Source of the DNA: Candidatus Rubrimentiphilum sp. | GTDB taxonomy: Bacteria; Vulcanimicrobiota; Vulcanimicrobiia; Vulcanimicrobiales; Vulcanimicrobiaceae | Direction: 5' to 3' | Assembly (NCBI GenBank): GCA_035710515.1 | Contig: DASTDE010000004.1 | Location: forward strand, 403,434 to 467,433 | Length of the DNA stretch: 64,000 nucleotides | Shown: positions 26,886 through 39,850 of the stretch, piece after piece | Layout: each line of letters begins with the position of its first letter | Numbering within the stretch: position 1 is the first letter of the stretch | Translations under genes and position numbers: made by a program | The notes under the pieces: model-generated | What the model saw: only the letters and a program-made list of their open reading frames with translations | Told to the model about the DNA's origin: nothing | Databases searched by the model: none

Positions 26886-27289
26886 TAGGGTGTCGGCGTC
26901 GGCTTTTCGGTGATGCCGAGAATCTTTTCGACGTCCGGCGTGATGTCGGTTCCACCGTAACCGACAAACTCGCGCGTCACAACCAGCGAGAGCTGCTTCT
27001 GCTGCGCGACCTTCGCAGCTGCGTCTTTGACTTGCGAGACGAGCTGATTGGAGATCTGCGCGTACCGCTGCTGGAGCTGCGCGATCTGGCGCTGCTTGGC
27101 GGAGTTCGAGCCCTTGCCCGAGGCGATCGCGCGCTGATCGGCCATCAACTGGTTTTGCGCGTTCGTGTACTGCGGCCAATTATTCGTCAGCCGCTGCACG
27201 TCAACCAGACCTATGGGACCTCCCCCGCCGGCGCATCCGCTGAGGGCAGCCGCCGCCAGGGCGGCAATCAATACAAATTGTTTTTTCAC
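26885..27289 (-). CDS. Skp/OmpH-family periplasmic chaperone, lipoprotein form
   Basis: 134 aa with a lipobox (ALSGC). The single OmpH domain runs IGLVDVQRL ... QQKQLSLVVTREFVGYGGTDITPDVEKIL. It occupies the canonical skp position between bamA and lpxD. Confidence 0.75.
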   Translation of the reverse strand: MKKQFVLIAALAAAALSGCAGGGGPIGLVDVQRLTNNWPQYTNAQNQLMADQRAIASGKGSNSAKQRQIAQLQQRYAQISNQLVSQVKDAAAKVAQQKQLSLVVTREFVGYGGTDITPDVEKILGITEKPTPTP

Positions 27290-28596
27290 TCGTGTAGACT
27301 CTCGATGTCCTTTTCGACGTCGCCGGTCAGATCGATGCCGCCCGGCGCGGCCTCGATATTCACCAAAACGACCTGCAATCCGCGCTTGGCCGCCACTGTT
27401 CCGGCGTCGCGTTTTATCTGTTCCACCATCTTATTGTAGAGATCGTCGCGCTCGCGCTGGAGTTGACCCAGCTGCGTGTGCGCCGCGCCGACCGCTGTCG
27501 CGTCGGCTCCTTGGAGTTCGGCATACCGCGCGTCCAGATCGGCTTTGGTTGCCTGGTATTGCGCGATGGTCTTCTGCGCTTCGGCTTGGAATTGCGATTT
27601 GAAGGTACGGTCGATCTGCGCGAGCTTGTCGCGAGTCGCCGCCGGCAGATTCGAGGGCACCGCCGCCGGCCGCAGCCCCTGCAGCTGCGATGCAACTTGT
27701 TGGGAGACTTCGTTGCGCCGCGTCTGCAGCTTGGCTTGCGTATCCGCGTGAATCTTCGCCGACTGCGTGGCCATCTCGCCTTGGACTTGGCTGTTGAGTT
27801 GCGCCCGGTAGGCCATCAGCGTCTTCTGATCGCGCGTGCGCTGCGCCGAAACAACGGCGGCTTCGCGCTGATCGAGCGCCGCCAACTCGTCCCGGTATTG
27901 TTTGCGGGTGGCGTCGGGCAACGCCAGACCGTTCAACTTCAGGCGCAGTTGCAGGCGCTTGTTCGCGTCCTGCTGCGAGAGTTCGAGCGAGAGTTGCGAT
28001 TCGCGCTCCTGCAGCTGCGTCGCGCGCTGCGCAAACGCGCGGTCGGCCCGCGCGCTCAGTTGCGCGCCGATCGACTGCAGCGCGGCGTTGGATTGCGCGA
28101 TCACGCTTTGCTGATACTGTGCGAAGTCGCTATTGGCTTGGACGGTGACTTGCTGCGCCTGCGAGGCGGAGATATTTTGCATCGCCTGCGCGCTGCCGGC
28201 GCCGTTGGTGCCCTGCCCGGCCGCGGCGAGCGCCGCCGAGATGGCTGCCTGTTCGCGCCGCGCATAGTCCTGCTGCTTCTGACGCAAGATGCCGTTGGCG
28301 CGATCCTGCGCGGCCTTCAATTCGGCGTTCAACTCTTTGGTTTGCAGCGCGATCTGCTTGCTGGTGTGCGGCACCGCGCCCGCGCCCAGCGATCGCAAGC
28401 CGAGCGCATCGATCGAATCGTCGATCTGCGAGAGCTGCGGATAGAGCGGATGCTTCTTGAGGACTTCCTCGAGGCGAACGTAGCCGATCCCGCGCACGTT
28501 CGGATCGTCGGCGCGAGGTTGCGCGCAGCCCGCCAGCGTCACGATGGCCGCTGCGAGTGCTGCAAAGACATAGTTACTTGAGCGCATTTTGGACAT
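27286..28596 (-). CDS. OmpH-like lipoprotein with a greatly extended Gln/Ala-rich coiled coil
   Basis: 436 aa with a lipobox (TLAGC). The Skp-like N-terminal strand is IGYVRLEEVLKKHP and the Skp-like C-terminus is AAKRGLQVVLVNIEAAPGGIDLTGDVEKDI. These are separated by roughly 330 aa of heptad-like Q/A/L-rich sequence. Confidence 0.65.
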   Translation of the reverse strand: MSKMRSSNYVFAALAAAIVTLAGCAQPRADDPNVRGIGYVRLEEVLKKHPLYPQLSQIDDSIDALGLRSLGAGAVPHTSKQIALQTKELNAELKAAQDRANGILRQKQQDYARREQAAISAALAAAGQGTNGAGSAQAMQNISASQAQQVTVQANSDFAQYQQSVIAQSNAALQSIGAQLSARADRAFAQRATQLQERESQLSLELSQQDANKRLQLRLKLNGLALPDATRKQYRDELAALDQREAAVVSAQRTRDQKTLMAYRAQLNSQVQGEMATQSAKIHADTQAKLQTRRNEVSQQVASQLQGLRPAAVPSNLPAATRDKLAQIDRTFKSQFQAEAQKTIAQYQATKADLDARYAELQGADATAVGAAHTQLGQLQRERDDLYNKMVEQIKRDAGTVAAKRGLQVVLVNIEAAPGGIDLTGDVEKDIESLHE

Positions 28597-29377
28597 CGGA
28601 AGTGATGTCCGTTCCGCCGTAAATGATGTCTGCCCGGTCGATCACGAGAATCAGATGCTTCCCTTGCGCGACGCTCGCCATCGCGCTGCGCGTTTGGTCC
28701 ACCAGCGGCTTCAGCGTGCGATTCTGCTCGTCGGTAAGGGATTTCTGATACGCCTGAAAGATCTGCTGCTGTTGCTGCTGATTGTTCTTGGCGGCCTGCA
28801 TTTTTTGCAAGGCGCTTTGGCGCGCATCGCTGGCAAACTTCAAGAAGTTGTCGTTGGCCGCTTTGATCTTCGGCAGTTGATCGATTTGCGACTGATCGAC
28901 GAATCCGATGCTCGCCGGCGGCGGTGTGCTCGCGGGCGGCACGACCGGTCCCGGGCCGTTGACGAGATCGACCACGCTCTTGGTGATGTTCTGCCCGCCA
29001 TAGACGACGATGCGTTTGTCCACCACAACGGACAGGTGCAGGTTGGACGCGACTTGCGCGATCGCGGTTTGCGCGCGCGCGAAAAGCGGTCCCAGCACTT
29101 GGCGCTGCTTGTCCAGGAACTTCTGCTGGAATTCGCCTGAGATCCGCTGCTTGTCCGCGTCGTTGCGCGCCCGCTTCATCGCCGCGGCGAACTGCGGGTC
29201 GAGTTGATTCTTATACTGCAGCACTTGCGCGTTGGCGCGCTGGAACTCCGGAAGCGCTCCGACTGCGGCTTGATCCAGATAGCCGACGTCGGTGAGGTCG
29301 GCCGCCAGTGCGGCCGGAGCGGCAAGCATCACCGCCAACGCGGCTGCTGCCCACAAGAACGTTGCTTTACTCTTCAT
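28574..29377 (-). CDS. tandem double OmpH/Skp-domain periplasmic protein
   Basis: 267 aa with a signal peptide (...AAPAALA|AD). There are two OmpH units. The first runs VGYLDQAAV...NLHLSVVVDKRIVVYGGQNITKSVVDLV, and the second runs IGFVDQSQI...GKHLILVIDRADIIYGGTDITSDVQNAL. Confidence 0.7.
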   Translation of the reverse strand: MKSKATFLWAAAALAVMLAAPAALAADLTDVGYLDQAAVGALPEFQRANAQVLQYKNQLDPQFAAAMKRARNDADKQRISGEFQQKFLDKQRQVLGPLFARAQTAIAQVASNLHLSVVVDKRIVVYGGQNITKSVVDLVNGPGPVVPPASTPPPASIGFVDQSQIDQLPKIKAANDNFLKFASDARQSALQKMQAAKNNQQQQQQIFQAYQKSLTDEQNRTLKPLVDQTRSAMASVAQGKHLILVIDRADIIYGGTDITSDVQNALK

Positions 29378-29382
29378 AGCTC

Positions 29383-31764
29383 CTAAAAGCTTTGGCCGAT
29401 GCCGAAGCTGGTATGATTGCCGTTCGAACCTTTTGCAAAGTCGATCCGGATCGTGTGTAGGCCCAGTTGGGGCACGTCGAAGCGAAACCCGATGCCGATG
29501 TCGCCGCGGTAGGACCAGTTCCCGGGGTAACCGATGATTCTGTTGGTGTACGGATCCAGCAACGGCGCCGCGCCGCGCACGCGCCAGCCGCCCACGTCGC
29601 CGAAGACCGCAATGCCGAACTTCCGATCGGCGGTCAACGGTTTGCGCAGCTCGATCTGCCCGAGCATCGTATCCGTACCGTAAAAGACACTATCGTAACC
29701 GCGCAAGTTCTGATCGGAGAACGTGAAGAGCGCGCTTGGCGGAATCGCTCCGGTCGAAGCTCGCAGCTGTCCGTGCAGACCCAGCGTCGAGTCTTTGAGG
29801 ATCGGGAAGAACTTCGTAGCGTCCAGGATGCCTTGCGTGAACTGGAAGTTCGACCCGATCGACGGCGTCGAAACCGTCTCGCTGAACGAGACGTTGCCGC
29901 CGCGGCGCGGATTGAAAATGTCGTCCAGCGTCGCCGCCGGAATCGTTTGAACGGAGAACGTCACCGAGTTCAGCCGGTACGGCTGTCCCGTGTTGATGTT
30001 GGCGATCGACGTCGCGGTAATGCCGAAGCTGCCGGTATTGCTGGTGAGATTGCTCAGCGGTCCGGGCGTCGGGCCGATGATGATGTTGGGCTGATTCGAG
30101 TTGAAGAAAAACGGCGCAGGCACGGTCGTGCTGTTGGTGACGTTTTCAACGTTCAGGCCGATCTGCGCGAGAATCGAGTCGGTCATCCGCCGTCCGACCT
30201 GAATCGACGCGCCGGCGGTTTTCGCCGTGCTGGTGGCGACCACGCCGGTGACTGCGGCGGAGTTGCTGCTCGGCAGCAGCGTGACCGGGATCGGTGCGTT
30301 CGGGTCGCCGTTGGCGGCGTTGCCGACCGCCGTCGTATAGACCGGATAAAAATAGGTGTAGCCGTTGGCGAAGATCGTCGCTCCGAAGCTGTACCGCTGC
30401 GACTTGGGCGTGCCGCCGACATACGGAATCGTTACCGAGGCCTGCGTGACGTAGCTGCGCGCGCCGCGTTCGAATTGGAAGCTGGCGCCGTTGCCGGTGC
30501 CGTGCAGATTATTGTCGGTGTAACCGATCGTGCCGTAGAGGCCCTGACCGGTGATGCCGCCCGAGTAGCCGGCGCCGATTGAGGCTTGCGCGGTCTTCTG
30601 CTCGGTCACGACCCAGTCCAGGACGACGCAGCCCGGATCTTTTTTCGACATCTCGTCCGGGCACTGTTTCGGATTGATGTCTACCTTTGAAAAGAACTGC
30701 GTGTTGTTCAGCCGCTCGAGGTCGCGCTGCACGCCGGCCTTGGTGACGATCATGCCCGGCTGCAACGCGAGCTGACGGCGGATCACTTGATCCTTCGTCT
30801 TCGTGTTGCCCGTGATTTGCACCAGACCCACGCGGGCGACGTAGATGTCGTACTTCACGTCGGCCGTGCCCGCTTTAGGATCGATCGACGTGGCGTCGAT
30901 GCCGCCTTCGAATCCGCCGAGGATCAAGTTGAACTTGTCCTGGTAGAGCGTCTGCAGCGCTTGATAATCCTTGTCGCGCAAAGCGTCGGAGTATTCCACG
31001 CCGGGTTTTACGTTGAGCGCCGGCAGAATCAAGCTGTTGGGCAGCACCGGATCGCCGCCTATGATGACCTTATTGATCGTCAAGCCTTCCTTGATGTCCA
31101 GCGTGACGGCGCCCGTCGGCGCGTCGATGTTCAGGTTGGTGACGTGCGAGGGCAGCTGACCGGCGTACCCGATCCGGTCGTAGTAAGAATTGATCTTCAG
31201 AAAGTCTTGCCGCAGCGTGTTGGTGTTGAGCACTTGGCCGACGGACGTATCCATCAGCGCCAGCAGCGTGTCCGCCGGCACGTGCGTGTTGCCGTCAAAC
31301 GTGATCTTCGTGATGACCGGGTTTTCGATCACGCGATAGGTGATCGCGATGCCGTTGGGACGCTGGCGGATCAGCGGCGCGGCTTGGTCCGAAAAATAGC
31401 CGAGCGCGAAGATGCGCTGCAGGTCGGCCTGCACGACCCTCGGATCGTAAGGCTGGCCGGGCTTGGCGGCGATCACGTTCATGATCGTCGCGGTGGGCAC
31501 GTGCGCGTTACCGGAAACATCGACCGAAACAATCGTCGGCGCCGTGGCCGAGATCGCGGGGGTAGGCGTCAGCAGCGAAGCTATGGTGGCAAGTGTGAGG
31601 ACGATGCCGGCACACCGGTGGAGAACGCCGCGCGCACCCCAGAGGCTCGAGGTCATCAACAATATCTTCCTTGAGAGTACGAGTGGTCCAACGCCCGAGG
31701 CGTCAGCTCCGTAACGCGTCCGCCGCTCGCGCCGTTTCGGCCCGCACCGCCTGTTCGCGGCCAC
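29383..31764 (-). CDS. bamA: outer membrane protein assembly factor BamA
   Basis: 793-aa ORF; the likely start is M37 at 31656. POTRA-like repeats begin IVSVDVSGNAHVP...V. The C-terminal Omp85 barrel has the GYSGG-type loop region and ends ...HTSFGIGQSF. It sits upstream of the skp-lpxD cluster. Confidence 0.9.
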   Translation of the reverse strand: MAANRRCGPKRRERRTRYGADASGVGPLVLSRKILLMTSSLWGARGVLHRCAGIVLTLATIASLLTPTPAISATAPTIVSVDVSGNAHVPTATIMNVIAAKPGQPYDPRVVQADLQRIFALGYFSDQAAPLIRQRPNGIAITYRVIENPVITKITFDGNTHVPADTLLALMDTSVGQVLNTNTLRQDFLKINSYYDRIGYAGQLPSHVTNLNIDAPTGAVTLDIKEGLTINKVIIGGDPVLPNSLILPALNVKPGVEYSDALRDKDYQALQTLYQDKFNLILGGFEGGIDATSIDPKAGTADVKYDIYVARVGLVQITGNTKTKDQVIRRQLALQPGMIVTKAGVQRDLERLNNTQFFSKVDINPKQCPDEMSKKDPGCVVLDWVVTEQKTAQASIGAGYSGGITGQGLYGTIGYTDNNLHGTGNGASFQFERGARSYVTQASVTIPYVGGTPKSQRYSFGATIFANGYTYFYPVYTTAVGNAANGDPNAPIPVTLLPSSNSAAVTGVVATSTAKTAGASIQVGRRMTDSILAQIGLNVENVTNSTTVPAPFFFNSNQPNIIIGPTPGPLSNLTSNTGSFGITATSIANINTGQPYRLNSVTFSVQTIPAATLDDIFNPRRGGNVSFSETVSTPSIGSNFQFTQGILDATKFFPILKDSTLGLHGQLRASTGAIPPSALFTFSDQNLRGYDSVFYGTDTMLGQIELRKPLTADRKFGIAVFGDVGGWRVRGAAPLLDPYTNRIIGYPGNWSYRGDIGIGFRFDVPQLGLHTIRIDFAKGSNGNHTSFGIGQSF

Positions 31765-31800
31765 CCCCGGTGGTCCTTGCCTGCGGGCGCCGGGCCGCGC

Positions 31801-34800
31801 TCAAAACAGGCGCTGATATAGGAACGTAAAGCCATTGGTCCCTTGCAAGGCTTGGCCGGTCGCGGCGCGCGGGTTGGTCTGTAGAATCTGCGTGCCGGAT
31901 TGGAAGAGCGGCGTCGGCCCCTGTTGGATGAACATCGTGAACTGCGCCGAGGTGAAGGTGTTGGGCTGGTAGACGAAGCCGAAGGTCTGCCGGATCGGGA
32001 CTCCCAGCGTCGTCCCGTACAGCGCGTAGAAGTTCTTCGCCAGCAGCCGCCGGAAGTTCACGCCGAAGTTGCCGGTGTAGTCGAGCGTCAGATTCACGTC
32101 GGAGAGTCCGAGTGTCGAGCCGAGCACGTTCTCAATCGGAGCAAGCAAGCCGCTGGCAAACTGGGCGTTGAAAATATTGAAGGCCTCCTGCCCGACCGTC
32201 AGCACGCCGTTCTCACGCTGGACGGAAAGGTTGGGCGGCAGCAAGCCGGTCGTTCCCGGCGGCGGCGCGCCCGGGAGTTGACCCGGCGCCAGGGGGACGC
32301 CCGTGTCGCTGAATTGGATCGGACCGACCAGTCCGCCCAGCGGCAGCAGCAGCGCGATGATTTGCTGCTCGTTATAGCCGGCCGGGTCCGATTGGAACGC
32401 GAGATGCGGGCTGGTTACCGGTCCGGTCACCGTGACGGTGATGTCCGCGGCGCCGGTCGGGTTGCGCTGCGAGTTCGGATCGGGGTTGGTGACGTGCGTG
32501 GTGGCAACCGCATTGATGTCCGGAATCACGCCGTTGGCCGGATCGAACGTGACGGTTCCGCTGCGCACTTTGAACGCATGATCGATGTAGGTCAACGTTC
32601 CGCCCGCCGAGTTAAACTCTCCCGAAAGCGTCGGCTGAACGAGCGTGCCGGCCAGCAGGACGGAACCTTGGCCACCGATGTCGAGCCCAAAGATACCCGG
32701 GCCTCCGCCGCGCACGCGCACGTTCTTGCCCGCCGTGATCGCCAAATGAAATCCGAGATTGAACGGCGGACCGGTATTTGCGGCTCCTGATCCGCCGCCG
32801 AATTTCAAGAAGGCCGCAAACGGCACGACGGAGTCGGTGAGCGTGGCGTCACCGGTGAGCGTCGCCAACTGTCCCGGCACGCGCGCCAGCGTGGTGTTGG
32901 AAGTAAGCGTGTACGTACCATACTGCGGTAAGTTGATCTGCGCGCGCGTCGTTTTCACCGCGATCGAATATCCGAGCGGACCGCCGTGCAAGCCGCCGCC
33001 GAAGTCGAGACGTCCCGACCCCGTCAGCGTTCCGCTGCCCGGACGCGCCTGCAGCCGGTCGAGCGTTGCGTGCGTACCGAGAAACGTCATCTGCGCGACG
33101 GTGTCGGTGATGGGTGTCGTTTCGAGATCGCTTCGATAGCTGCCGCCGCTCACCGCGAGCTGTCCGAGAATACGCGGATCGCCGACGCTGCCGGAGATGC
33201 CCATGTGTCCGTTCAGGGTGCCGCCGAGTTTGGTGTTGTTGCCCAAAAAGCCGCTGAAGGACGACAGGTCGACGCCGCTCGCCAAAAAGTCCATCGAAAT
33301 CGGCGCAGCCGGCGGACCAAACGTAAACGGCTGCAGCTGAATCGGCACCGAGCCGGCGATCGCCGCACTGCCTTTTACAAAACTGAACTCCGCGTTGCGG
33401 ACGACCAGATCGTTGCCGCGCAGCGCAACCTGCCCGACGAGCGACGGCATCAGGATGCCGTACGCATTGACGTTCGTGCCGGCCACTGCCGCCGAAAATG
33501 TCGGCGCCTGGAACGTTCCCCCGAGCTGCAGCGTCGTTTCCAGTTTCCCCGTGACGTCGATGTGTTTCTTGGTGGCCTGTGCAACGAGGCGCGGGAGGTC
33601 GTCCGTCGTCGCGTGCACCGTCAGATTCATCGGCGAGGTCCCCGCGAATCCGAAGCTGCCGCTGCCGGTCGCTTCCAATGCCGGCAGCGCAAACGCTAAG
33701 CGCGTCACGTCGATGCGATCACCGGTCGTGCGCACCGCGATGTCGCCATGTTCAATCGGCAACGGCCCCAGCGTTCCGTTCGTGATCGCGGCGGTTCCGG
33801 TCAGGCCCAGGTGCGGATAGGCTCCGTTCACGGCGAGCTTGCCGTCGATGCGGCCCGTTACCGGGAGATCCGAGAATCCAAATGCCGGCAGCCACGTGCC
33901 AAGATCGATATTGCTGAGCGTGCCGGCGAGATTGTAACGCGAATGGACGATCATATCGCGAAAGTCGGAGGTCTTCGCGAACGCGATGCTGCCCGCGGCG
34001 CGCAGCTCGCCGTGGCTTCCCCCAACTGCTAAGTTGCCGTGCAGGATGTCGCGCAAGCTGGTCCAGTGCGCGTTCGTGTCGCCAATCGGAAAGCGGCGAT
34101 ACCGCAAGTTTGCGATCCCGATATCGCCGGAGGTAAAGATCAAACCGTCGTACCGCGCAAAGGCGAGATCCAAATTACCGTGACCGGCGAGCGTATCGCC
34201 CGTATCGAAGTAGTCGTTGAAGTCGGAGAGATCGGCTTTGCGCGAATGCAAGGCAAACGCCGTCTCGCCTTTGCTGACGGTTGCGGAAAATTTCGCCCTC
34301 GTCGTCGTAAACTGCGCCGTGCCGTTGCGCACGGCGATTCCGCCGCGGCTCGCCGAGAGATCGCCCGAAGCGTCCGAGAATCCCAGACCGTTGATTTCAC
34401 CGACCGGAACGCCGACCGTCCCGCCGACCGACGGATTTGTGCCCGCGCCGGCGATGTTCACGTCGGCCAGGAAGCTGCCGTCGGCGTTATAGGTGGGCAC
34501 ACGCATGATGTGCGCAATCTGCGCGATGTTGCCGACCGGAACTTGCGCGTGCAGATCGTACTGCGGCGCGCCCGAGCTCAAGCCCGCGACCGAGCCGGCG
34601 ATGTTGGCGAACGTCGATCCGATTCCGGCGGTGCCGTTGCGTATATTCAGCGTATCGTTGACGATGCCGACCTCGGCGCTCGCCGAAAATGGCCCGTAGC
34701 CGGCGGCGGTGCCGTCGCGCAGCACCACGCCCGCGTCGATGCCGGGGATCGCTTGTCCCGGCATGATCGCACCAAACGCCAACAGCGATCCCCCGCTGAT

Positions 34801-37041
34801 CGGAACGCCGAAACCCTTGAGCATGCCGGCGTCGAGTTGCGTCGTTGCGATCGCCATGCGCGTCGGCACGTTCGTCGGCCCGGTTGCGAACGAACCTGCG
34901 GCGACGACGCGGCCACCGGCGGCTTGCGCTTGCGCAGAGTAGACGCGCAGCACGCCGCGATCGAGCGACATCGTGCCGGAAATGCTCTGCACCGGAATAC
35001 CGCGGATCGTCGCACCGTTGCCGAGCTGGGCGTTCTGCGCTTGCACGAAGATCTTGCCCTGCGCCAGCGCAATGCCCATATCGCCGTCGATCGAACCTTG
35101 CGCCGGGAAGTCTCCGATGAATGCGCGCAGGCCTTGCAGCGTTCCGGAGTAATGTCCGCGCGCGATCAGCGCCGACGGCGCAACCGATCCTTGCCCCGCA
35201 AAAGCACCCCACGGGCCATCCGCGCGAATCGAACTCATGTCGGCGTCCGCAAACGGTCCGGCGAATTGCGCGTGGATGCGGTGGAACGGAATGCCGGCGA
35301 TCAGCGCCGGCGACATGTCGACGGAGCCGCCGATCACGGTGTTCGCCGCGGATCCCGTTCCGGCAATATTTGCCTGCTCGATGTGCGCGTCGATCGGCGG
35401 CAATTCCGGAATGTTGACGCCCGGCAATCCGACCGGCGACGGCTGAATCAGCCGGACGTTCTCCGCCGACGCCCAAAAAGCGCTGTTGCCGTGAGGCCGA
35501 TCCAAATCGAACGCCGCGACGACGGTGCCGCCGCTCGGCGTGCGCAACGCGATCGGGCCGAACGATCCGACGCCGTATTGGTCGATGTTGTAGAATCCGT
35601 TGATGTCGTCGGGATGCGTGACCGAGACGACGTAGCCGCGGGCGCGAACCTTGAGGTCCACTCCGTTGAGCAGCGCTTCGGTGTTGATCGGCTGCTCCGC
35701 AATCAACGCGCCGACATACGGAATGCGGCTCGACGGGCCGAACGCGTGCAGAATCAGAGTTGAGGTCACGTGCTCGCCGAGCTGCATCGTGCCTTGCACG
35801 TGTAGGCTCATGCCGCTGTATTCGCCGTGAAACGGTAGGATCACGAGATCGCTTCCGTAGAGCGAAACCATGCCGCGCGGTTTGTCGATAGGCACGGCTT
35901 GGTAGTTGAAACGCTTTCCATCGAAGCCGATCCACAGCAGCGGGTTGTCGATATTTCCTTCGACCAGCGCGTGGATACGCAGACCGCCGTAGACCGGCAA
36001 GTCCTTGGCGAAAGTGGCGATCTCTTTGAGGTAGCGCAAGTCGCCGCGTCCTTCAAAGCCCAGCCGGAACTGCGGACGCACGAAATTGAAGATGCCGCCC
36101 GCGATCGCGATCGGAATGTGTCCGACGATCGCAGACATCTTGTGCGCCGCAAAACCGCCGTCGAAGATGTTGATCGGGCCGTTGAGCTGGCGGATCGGCG
36201 AGGCGAGCCCGCGCACTTCCATCGATCCCTTGGCCATGTAGCCTGATCCGATCATGTGATAGGCCGTCGTCTCGTTCGGCTTGACGTCGAATGCGTACAT
36301 GCGCACGTCCATGCCGTTCACCACGCCGCCCAGAATGCGCGCCGCCGGCGAATCGATGAAGTAGTTGCCGATCGTCCGGATCGGAATCGCCCGCACCTGG
36401 ACGTGATGAACCGCATACCCTTTGATGTAATCGATCGTGCCGACGGCGCGGAACGGCTTCGGTCCCGCGTCTTCCAGATCGCCTGTCGCCACATAGTGCG
36501 TGCGTTTGATCGTGCTGAGCGCCAAGTCGACGTTGATGTGATCGACGCGCTGAAAACGGCTTTCCTTATAATAGCGGTATTGATCGATGAGCGACGCGCG
36601 CCCGTCGCGGATGCGCACGGTCATTTGCATCGGCACTGCGAAGGGGTGCGGGCGGTGGGCCGGCCCCGCGGCCGCGCTTGGCGGCAGCGCGATGTTGTAC
36701 GTTCCGTTTTGATAGTGGACCAGCGTGATGTATGGGCGGGCGATCGTTATGGCGAGCAATCCAAAGCGGTGCTGGCTTCCCGGCAGCAGCTCGCGCAGAT
36801 CGTAGGAGACGTCGATGCGGTCCGCATCCAAGACGGCTTGGCCATTGCGTGAAATATGCACACCGACGAATGCGGCGTGGCCGCCGCCGTAGCGCAGCTC
36901 GCGCATGTCGATGTGATAGCCCGTCGCAATGCCGGAAATCGCGACAACCGCGACGCGGGTCACGGTGTTGTGGAAAATGGCGACCACCGCAATTGCCGCG
37001 AGCGCGAGCGCCGCGGCTGCGGCCCAGATCCCCTTGCGCAA
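31801..37041 (-). CDS. tamB: TamB/AsmA-like translocation and assembly module protein
   Basis: 1746 aa. It has an N-terminal signal-anchor (MRKGIWAAAAALALAAIAVVAIF) and a very long beta-rich Gly/Thr/Ala-rich body. The DUF490-like C-terminus (...LSDVNLTLDYTGNFGVNFRRLL...GFTFLYQRLF) is present. TTG start with GGAGG 6 nt upstream. It lies directly upstream of bamA. Confidence 0.85.
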   Translation of the reverse strand: MRKGIWAAAAALALAAIAVVAIFHNTVTRVAVVAISGIATGYHIDMRELRYGGGHAAFVGVHISRNGQAVLDADRIDVSYDLRELLPGSQHRFGLLAITIARPYITLVHYQNGTYNIALPPSAAAGPAHRPHPFAVPMQMTVRIRDGRASLIDQYRYYKESRFQRVDHINVDLALSTIKRTHYVATGDLEDAGPKPFRAVGTIDYIKGYAVHHVQVRAIPIRTIGNYFIDSPAARILGGVVNGMDVRMYAFDVKPNETTAYHMIGSGYMAKGSMEVRGLASPIRQLNGPINIFDGGFAAHKMSAIVGHIPIAIAGGIFNFVRPQFRLGFEGRGDLRYLKEIATFAKDLPVYGGLRIHALVEGNIDNPLLWIGFDGKRFNYQAVPIDKPRGMVSLYGSDLVILPFHGEYSGMSLHVQGTMQLGEHVTSTLILHAFGPSSRIPYVGALIAEQPINTEALLNGVDLKVRARGYVVSVTHPDDINGFYNIDQYGVGSFGPIALRTPSGGTVVAAFDLDRPHGNSAFWASAENVRLIQPSPVGLPGVNIPELPPIDAHIEQANIAGTGSAANTVIGGSVDMSPALIAGIPFHRIHAQFAGPFADADMSSIRADGPWGAFAGQGSVAPSALIARGHYSGTLQGLRAFIGDFPAQGSIDGDMGIALAQGKIFVQAQNAQLGNGATIRGIPVQSISGTMSLDRGVLRVYSAQAQAAGGRVVAAGSFATGPTNVPTRMAIATTQLDAGMLKGFGVPISGGSLLAFGAIMPGQAIPGIDAGVVLRDGTAAGYGPFSASAEVGIVNDTLNIRNGTAGIGSTFANIAGSVAGLSSGAPQYDLHAQVPVGNIAQIAHIMRVPTYNADGSFLADVNIAGAGTNPSVGGTVGVPVGEINGLGFSDASGDLSASRGGIAVRNGTAQFTTTRAKFSATVSKGETAFALHSRKADLSDFNDYFDTGDTLAGHGNLDLAFARYDGLIFTSGDIGIANLRYRRFPIGDTNAHWTSLRDILHGNLAVGGSHGELRAAGSIAFAKTSDFRDMIVHSRYNLAGTLSNIDLGTWLPAFGFSDLPVTGRIDGKLAVNGAYPHLGLTGTAAITNGTLGPLPIEHGDIAVRTTGDRIDVTRLAFALPALEATGSGSFGFAGTSPMNLTVHATTDDLPRLVAQATKKHIDVTGKLETTLQLGGTFQAPTFSAAVAGTNVNAYGILMPSLVGQVALRGNDLVVRNAEFSFVKGSAAIAGSVPIQLQPFTFGPPAAPISMDFLASGVDLSSFSGFLGNNTKLGGTLNGHMGISGSVGDPRILGQLAVSGGSYRSDLETTPITDTVAQMTFLGTHATLDRLQARPGSGTLTGSGRLDFGGGLHGGPLGYSIAVKTTRAQINLPQYGTYTLTSNTTLARVPGQLATLTGDATLTDSVVPFAAFLKFGGGSGAANTGPPFNLGFHLAITAGKNVRVRGGGPGIFGLDIGGQGSVLLAGTLVQPTLSGEFNSAGGTLTYIDHAFKVRSGTVTFDPANGVIPDINAVATTHVTNPDPNSQRNPTGAADITVTVTGPVTSPHLAFQSDPAGYNEQQIIALLLPLGGLVGPIQFSDTGVPLAPGQLPGAPPPGTTGLLPPNLSVQRENGVLTVGQEAFNIFNAQFASGLLAPIENVLGSTLGLSDVNLTLDYTGNFGVNFRRLLAKNFYALYGTTLGVPIRQTFGFVYQPNTFTSAQFTMFIQQGPTPLFQSGTQILQTNPRAATGQALQGTNGFTFLYQRLF

Positions 37042-37128
37042 AAGGTCCCTCCGCGGCCAGTTATACCCCTAACGTTGGAGGAAGCCCCTCACGTCGCACT
37101 ACCTGTCATCCTGAGCCAGTCGAAGGGC

Positions 37129-39849
<2,721 letters not shown>

Positions 39850-39850
<1 letters not shown>

